DNA from: Klebsiella phage vbKpUKJ_2
Sequence record: PQ505130.1
Strand: one strand, 5' to 3'
DNA: 49,656 nucleotides
In this document: positions 45,187 to 49,656 of the stretch, piece by piece
How positions within the stretch are numbered: position 1 is the stretch's first letter
Layout: the number at the start of each line of letters is the position of its first letter
Position numbers and translations under genes: made by a program
Notes under the pieces: generated by a model
Told to the model about the DNA's origin: nothing
What the model saw: the letters and a program-made list of their open reading frames with translations, nothing else
Databases searched by the model: none

Positions 45187-45580
45187 ATTTGGATTTCTTG
45201 TAAATCTCCTTCAGGTATTCACCCTCCAGGATTTGCAAGTCAAGTAATGCCGCTTCTCGATTGTCGATTTTATACAATTCGAACAGCAGTGGCAACGTAT
45301 TATAGTCAAGCCCCGTCGGGCCATTCATCCCGATTCGCCATTGCGTTTGCATGGCCTGGAATAGCTGCCAGCTTTGGGCGGTCTGCTCATCAAAATATAT
45401 CGTTTCAAGATCTGCTTCATAGTCCGATCGCCTTAACCCGTACTCCGCAAGCTGGCGATCGGTTAGCTCAGGCTGAAGCGTGAGATAAACAGCCCGCCTT
45501 AAACTTTTGCACGGTGGCCCGCAAGTGCGGCCATGTAGGTTTGTGGCAGCGCCATGACAAACGCCGGGAAGTGTGAGCAA
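45185..45580 (-). CDS. tail assembly chaperone, -1 frameshift extension (gpT-like part)
   Basis: Overlaps the 3' end of the G-like ORF in the -1 frame. That frame opens just after a TGA inside G. A candidate A_AAA_G slippery site lies just before the G stop. Confidence 0.4.
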   Translation of the reverse strand: MLTLPGVCHGAATNLHGRTCGPPCKSLRRAVYLTLQPELTDRQLAEYGLRRSDYEADLETIYFDEQTAQSWQLFQAMQTQWRIGMNGPTGLDYNTLPLLFELYKIDNREAALLDLQILEGEYLKEIYKKSK

Positions 45581-45897
45581 AGCCAGGAAATGTTTTCGTC
45601 GCTGAACTCATCCTCAAGATCCCAGCCTTCGGCCATGAAGCGGATAAACTCGGCGTTACCCTTTGGCGCTTTATCTTCGCTCTCATAAAAGTCTTTCATC
45701 TCATCGGTGGAGCGGTGTTTTACGGTCATGGTGATGGTTGCTTCTTTGCCATCCGGGCAAGTGAAGGTTACGGGCAGTTTGAAAGAAGGGAGGTTGCCGC
45801 CGATTTGAATTTTGAACTTAGCCATTTTGTTAACTCCTGATTGGTTTTGGTTATTTGCTATTATGCACAAAAAAAGGCGAGGCACAAGCCCCGCCAT
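45499..45897 (-). CDS. tail assembly chaperone (gpG-like)
   Basis: 132 aa between major tail and tape measure. RBS AGGAG. Confidence 0.5.
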   Translation of the reverse strand: MAGLVPRLFLCIIANNQNQSGVNKMAKFKIQIGGNLPSFKLPVTFTCPDGKEATITMTVKHRSTDEMKDFYESEDKAPKGNAEFIRFMAEGWDLEDEFSDENISWLCSHFPAFVMALPQTYMAALAGHRAKV

Positions 45898-45901
45898 TTA
45901 A

Positions 45902-46555
45902 TTACGCGACAACCGGAAGGAAGACGTGCGTACCCTTGAGCGCAATATCAAGCGTTACCGTTTCCATCTCGTTGACAGCCGTGGAAGGAATGTCATCGAA
46001 TGATGCAGCACCAGACCAATAACGAACTTCGGACGCTCGCGGGATATACATGTACATCGCTTTCGCCTCTTTGCTGGCGTCCGCTGCACGCAACACCGGG
46101 TAGATTGCGTTATCGTACTCGTGCGCAAACGTGTAGTTAAGCGTCACCGCCGACTTATAGGTAGGCTCGGACTGTTCGCGCTCATCGCTCAGGCACTGGT
46201 AATTATAATACTGCTGCTCGTTGCCGTCTTTGCCTAAATCCTGAATACAAGGCAACTCGATCCAGTCAGAGATAACACTCACGCTTCCGGTTGCAGCCGT
46301 AGGATATTTGTTGGTGTCGGAGGTATCGAACTCTTCCAGAGTTGCCACACCAGCCGATACCGACTTGACGCGAGCCACCTTGTTAACAAAGTCGCTCCAG
46401 GTGCAATCGGTAAAGATTACGATATCGTTAACTTCGAGCGCACCAGATGCCACTGTGATTGCTGGGTTTTTCGCGTTGTTGGTCATTGCGGTAAACGGGA
46501 TCTCCGTACCGCGTGCCTTCTCAAAGAAGACCTTAGCACCGTTTGGTAAATGCAT
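45902..46555 (-). CDS. major tail protein (paralog A)
   Basis: 217 aa. Paralogous to 46611..47318 (for example WSGAASFDDIPSTAVNEMETVTL versus WSGNVSFDDIPSTTVNEMETVTL). Confidence 0.5.
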   Translation of the reverse strand: MHLPNGAKVFFEKARGTEIPFTAMTNNAKNPAITVASGALEVNDIVIFTDCTWSDFVNKVARVKSVSAGVATLEEFDTSDTNKYPTAATGSVSVISDWIELPCIQDLGKDGNEQQYYNYQCLSDEREQSEPTYKSAVTLNYTFAHEYDNAIYPVLRAADASKEAKAMYMYIPRASEVRYWSGAASFDDIPSTAVNEMETVTLDIALKGTHVFLPVVA

Positions 46556-46610
46556 GTTGAATACTCCTGTTTTGATGAAAGTTTAACAACGCCATTATGC
46601 CTTTATATTT

Positions 46611-47318
46611 CTATGCTGGCAAGAAATTATAAGCACCACGAATCGCCATTCGTAGCGTCACCGTCTCCATCTCGTTTACCGTCGTTGACGGAATGTCATC
46701 GAACGAGACGTTACCAGACCAATAGCGGTTTTCCTTTGCTCTTGGGATATGCATATACATAGCCATTAATGACTTATCTCGCTCGTGTGCTTTCATGATA
46801 TCATACGCCGGATTTCCAGGATCGTGAGCCATTGTATAAGACATAAACAGCGCTGATTTTGTCGTCTTCTGCCGCTCCTCCCTTCCGCTGTCAAGGCACT
46901 GGTAAGTATACCAGTTTTGCTCGTTTCCTTCCTTGTCGATTGACTGCACGCAAGGCAGTTCCGCCCATGATGAAATGCGACGAACCTTTCCGGGCGATGA
47001 AATATAATTACCAACTGGCAAATCATTTGATCGATACTCAGGCCATACCCTAACCCTCGAAACATCCCCATTAACAGAGCGGATCGAGTATACATTACCC
47101 TCGATCAGCTTGTTGTCGCACTCGGTGATTACTACGATATCGCCAACACCAAAAGCGCTAACACCAGCCGCCTGATTAAACACGAGAACATAAGTGTTTG
47201 GGATGCCAACATCAGTTGTGTCAAGCCACTTAAAATCGTACTCCCTATTGTTGCTGGCCTCAATAAAAATCTTGCTCCCATTAGGTAAGTGCATACCCGC
47301 TCGCCTCCATTTGTTCAC
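46611..47318 (-). CDS. major tail protein (paralog B)
   Basis: 235 aa. N-terminus MHLPNGSKIF matches MHLPNGAKVF of paralog A. Confidence 0.5.
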   Translation of the reverse strand: MNKWRRAGMHLPNGSKIFIEASNNREYDFKWLDTTDVGIPNTYVLVFNQAAGVSAFGVGDIVVITECDNKLIEGNVYSIRSVNGDVSRVRVWPEYRSNDLPVGNYISSPGKVRRISSWAELPCVQSIDKEGNEQNWYTYQCLDSGREERQKTTKSALFMSYTMAHDPGNPAYDIMKAHERDKSLMAMYMHIPRAKENRYWSGNVSFDDIPSTTVNEMETVTLRMAIRGAYNFLPA

Positions 47319-47829
47319 ATCTTACCGTAAAGCGAACCGGGAAGAACCAACCCGTTTCGTGCTTCTGCACGCCGGAAACTTCCGCCCACTCGCTCACATA
47401 AACTTTATTAACAGAATCAATAATTCTACCTTCAGGGAAGGATTTTGCAACGTTTTGCGCAATGAGCCTCGCGCGGTCGGTTCCGATCCCCGGCTTAAAG
47501 ATAACGTCGATCTGAACCATCGCCAGATAGACTCGGCATTTCCTTGACAGGTCAACCGATCTTGAATCCGCTTCGACGTAGGAGACTTTAAGGTAGGTTT
47601 CCCCGCCTTTTGGGGGGATAAAGTCAACGTTATCTCCCGCGACCTTTAACCCGTTGTCGGCGGCAAATTTAGCCACTGCCGCCTTGCATTTTAACGCCAT
47701 CTCATAGTGCATTTTTCGCCCTCGCTCGCTTGATTGCTTCAGTAACATAAACGCCCAGCCGGATCGCAACAACGCCCATAACGCCATTGGGAGCCTGTCT
47801 TGAATGGCCGTATTCCAGCGCGTTCGCAT
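47281..47829 (-). CDS. tail completion / terminator-like protein
   Basis: 182-aa ORF immediately upstream of the major tail genes. Call is by position only. Confidence 0.3.
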   Translation of the reverse strand: MRTRWNTAIQDRLPMALWALLRSGWAFMLLKQSSERGRKMHYEMALKCKAAVAKFAADNGLKVAGDNVDFIPPKGGETYLKVSYVEADSRSVDLSRKCRVYLAMVQIDVIFKPGIGTDRARLIAQNVAKSFPEGRIIDSVNKVYVSEWAEVSGVQKHETGWFFPVRFTVRCEQMEASGYALT

Positions 47830-48178
47830 AGATTAGCATGTTACTGAACCAGATCGAAGTGATCCCAGCCCCTTTTGCGAATAGTGCAATGTTGGCGTTA
47901 CCGTTCTGGATTGTCTTCTCGCCCGTTTGGTCGTATGCGTTAATCGCGTATAGCGGGGCGCGGTTAAAGGTGATTTGCCAGTTACCACGGAAGCGCCCTG
48001 TATCCACCGGAGAACGCATTACAAGGTCGCGGTGAATATCTTCACACGTAAACCTTACAACGTCCTCCAGCGCATCGCCAGCGGCCTTACACCATGCATC
48101 AATAGCCCCTGTGAACTCCCGGATCGTATAATTAGCCATAAGTCGCCACCCTGCGTAAAACTGGACGGTAGGCGACAA
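47702..48178 (-). CDS. head-tail joining protein
   Basis: 158-aa ORF in the connector region. Call is by position only. Confidence 0.3.
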   Translation of the reverse strand: MSPTVQFYAGWRLMANYTIREFTGAIDAWCKAAGDALEDVVRFTCEDIHRDLVMRSPVDTGRFRGNWQITFNRAPLYAINAYDQTGEKTIQNGNANIALFAKGAGITSIWFSNMLIYANALEYGHSRQAPNGVMGVVAIRLGVYVTEAIKRARAKNAL

Positions 48179-48611
48179 CGGTTCCCGTTGGTTTTACCGG
48201 ACGGGCATTAACCACGCGGTAGCGCTCGCCGTCTACTTCGATTTCGTCACCCTCCATGATTGGCACATCATGAGTGAAAAACCCGCGCTTGTCGCCAGCA
48301 AGGATGGTCTCGCCGTTGATATCACGATCATTTACATCCCTGATCGCCCCCTTGATTGTCGTCACCACCTCGCCGGGAATGATATCCTCCCCGGTTTCCG
48401 GGTCGATGCCACCGCCAGCGCCTTTCGTGTACTTGTTGAACACGCCGTCAGCGTCGCTGAAGAACTTAATGCCCGCGCTTGCTCGTGCCTGGATTGCTTT
48501 GTAGTTCATTGCTATTACCTCCCAACCCCGCAGCGCCGAACGTTGCCAGCGGTAAGCAGGCCGAAGCCACCGCCGCGCATTTTGAGCATACGCCAGTACA
48601 TTTTGCCCCAC
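48132..48611 (-). CDS. head-tail joining protein
   Basis: 159-aa ORF. Call is by position only. Confidence 0.3.
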   Translation of the reverse strand: MGQNVLAYAQNARRWLRPAYRWQRSALRGWEVIAMNYKAIQARASAGIKFFSDADGVFNKYTKGAGGGIDPETGEDIIPGEVVTTIKGAIRDVNDRDINGETILAGDKRGFFTHDVPIMEGDEIEVDGERYRVVNARPVKPTGTVVAYRPVLRRVATYG

Positions 48612-48931
48612 GGCGTAGAAAGCATTTCGTTATCGCTTGACGCCGACACGCGATCGAAGGTTTGGGAAAACTCCCCGGTCAGGGTGAACGATGCCACTCG
48701 CTGCGTGTAAGACTCCAGGCTTTCGCCTTCTTGCTTCATTGCGCCATCCAAAAACATTAGATGCATGGTCATAAGTGCGATCGCTGTAACAATGGAATCT
48801 CCGAACCTTGACTTGCAAACGAATTCCTCGGCAAGCACGACCCATGCTGTTAGCAGTTCGTCGGGTACTTCTTTAAGCGGAGGCGCAAGGCTGCGCATCT
48901 TGTCGGTCACATCTTGAATTGTGTAATTCAT
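48515..48931 (-). CDS. head-tail connector protein
   Basis: 138-aa ORF following the repeat-containing gene. Call is by position only. Confidence 0.3.
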   Translation of the reverse strand: MNYTIQDVTDKMRSLAPPLKEVPDELLTAWVVLAEEFVCKSRFGDSIVTAIALMTMHLMFLDGAMKQEGESLESYTQRVASFTLTGEFSQTFDRVSASSDNEMLSTPWGKMYWRMLKMRGGGFGLLTAGNVRRCGVGR

Positions 48932-48984
48932 GGTCGTTCTCCAGATATAAAAAAGGACGCCGTAGCGCCCTTTATTGTTTTATT

Positions 48985-49290
48985 TTACTCCGCGCTCTTC
49001 GGCTGCACGATCTCTTTCGCTTTCGCCTTCACCGCTGCGATGTATTCGCGCGTGCGTTTCGGATTGTCGTAGAACTCGACGCGGCCTTTGAAGATTTCAT
49101 GGCGGAAGCGGTCGATCTCGCTTTCTGGCACTTCGAAAACCTGCTCATAAACGTAATTTGTGCCTTTATAGCGAATTGCACATGCACCAACGTTTTGCAG
49201 TTGAACAACCTGCTGCGCCTGTTCTGCGCTGGTGATTTCTGCGGTTTCTGCGGTTTCTGCGGTTTCTACGGTTTCTTTTTTACTGGCCAT
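48985..49290 (-). CDS. hypothetical protein with N-terminal (ETA)n repeat
   Basis: Begins MASKKETVETAETAETAEITSAEQ, encoded by a 9-bp tandem DNA repeat. Lies between capsid and connector genes. Confidence 0.35.
   Translation of the reverse strand: MASKKETVETAETAETAEITSAEQAQQVVQLQNVGACAIRYKGTNYVYEQVFEVPESEIDRFRHEIFKGRVEFYDNPKRTREYIAAVKAKAKEIVQPKSAE
49237..49280. repeat. tandem 9-bp repeat GCGGTTTCT x4-5
   Basis: gtttctgcggtttctgcggtttctgcggtttctacggtttct, seen directly. In frame within gene 48985..49290. Confidence 0.7.
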
Positions 49291-49354
49291 TGTTAATGCT
49301 CCATTGGTTTACTTTAGGTTTCAAATTAAAGCACATTGCAGAAAACAATGCAAT

Positions 49355-49378
49355 AAAAAAGCGCCCGAAGGCGCTTTT
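49355..49378. terminator. bidirectional rho-independent terminator after capsid gene
   Basis: A6 then GCGCCCGAAGGCGC then TTTTG. 3 nt after the capsid stop on the minus strand. Confidence 0.6.
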
Positions 49379-49380
49379 GA

Positions 49381-49656
49381 TTAAATCCCGGTGAGGATCG
49401 CAATAGTCAGCGGGCGATACACGATGAGACCAGTGCATTTGGAGGTGCACGGAACTTTGAAATGCAGGTCTTTCGGCTGCATCGGCAGCATGTTGAACCG
49501 CTCAGGGATCTCGATGCTCATGTTCATTGGGTCTTTTTCGTATGCCAGCACGCCTTTGGTGCCTGCGCCGTCAATATCCTCCAGTTCCGCCATCGCCGTG
49601 ATGGTGATGTTCGGGTGGTTCTTGGTGAACCATGTCAGATATGAGTCGCCGCTAGT
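49381..49656 (-). CDS. major capsid protein, C-terminal part (stop at 49381)
   Basis: Open to the window edge and 276 nt long (92 codons exactly). The codon boundary at position 1 of ORF 1..672 matches, so the two pieces join into one protein of about 316 aa. A rho-independent terminator follows immediately. Confidence 0.45.
   Translation of the reverse strand, partial: TSGDSYLTWFTKNHPNITITAMAELEDIDGAGTKGVLAYEKDPMNMSIEIPERFNMLPMQPKDLHFKVPCTSKCTGLIVYRPLTIAILTGI

Noticed and set aside
44361-45203. 280-aa plus-strand ORF, and other long plus-strand ORFs within 42467-45165
   Set aside because: They lie entirely antisense to the 988-aa tape measure gene. The composition is Ser/Cys/Ala-rich and low-complexity. 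No RBS or promoter was seen.
1-49656. Integrase, CI-type repressor, attachment site, tRNA genes
   Set aside because: No tyrosine or serine recombinase motifs, no tRNA-like cloverleaf regions and no CI-like repressor were recognised. The Cro-like HTH at 28171..28572 is more consistent with a lytic regulator. The phage is probably virulent, but this is not certain.

Overview
The window looks like a complete or near-complete genome of a virulent-type tailed siphophage of Enterobacteria (about 49.7 kb, about 50% GC), not a chromosomal segment. Its organisation resembles T1-like (Drexlerviridae-type) phages; that family assignment is inference from gene content. The window is probably a linearised circular or circularly permuted assembly, because the first ORF (1..672, minus) and the last (49381..49656, minus) join in frame into one major capsid gene. 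Gene content from left to right: (1) a minus-strand morphogenesis block of terminase small and large subunits, portal, Mu-F-like head protein, scaffold, decoration-like protein and capsid; (2) a minus-strand early block at 6.8-14.4 kb of about 30 small genes, each preceded by the same promoter cassette; (3) a divergent early control region at 14.45-15.09 kb; (4) a plus-strand early block at 15.1-20.3 kb containing an AT-rich three-gene island, a minimal C5-methyltransferase-like gene and a 522-aa protein with a deviant P-loop; (5) a minus-strand block at 20.4-28.1 kb with a unimolecular-spanin/endolysin/holin lysis cassette, a split polynucleotide kinase/phosphatase, an HTH-metallophosphoesterase, a Dam methyltransferase, a VRR-NUC nuclease and a helicase; (6) an HTH regulator and a primase on the plus strand, followed by a 500-bp AT-rich iteron region (candidate origin); (7) an exonuclease, an ERF single-strand annealing protein, SSB, and a tail fibre with a C-terminal self-cleaving chaperone domain; (8) a minus-strand lambda-like tail module (J, I, K, L, M, tape measure, G/GT frameshift chaperone, two paralogous major tail proteins, head-tail joining genes). 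No integrase, repressor, tRNA or CRISPR was seen. The most striking unexplained signal is a cassette repeated at least 15 times, always about 55-80 bp upstream of a start codon. It consists of a 15-bp dyad TAGCA-N5-TGCTA overlapping a TTGNTA box, a fixed 21-23 nt spacer that usually carries a hairpin whose sequence varies but whose structure is kept, a good -10 hexamer, and a conserved transcript start TTACCCCATCGAAAC. This architecture fits an activator-dependent promoter family. In addition there are sigma70-like early promoters, a pair of overlapping divergent promoters next to an HTH gene, and two iteron-bearing regions that share an 85-bp inverted repeat. All functional calls are made by eye from the sequence and ORF translations. 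No database search was possible.
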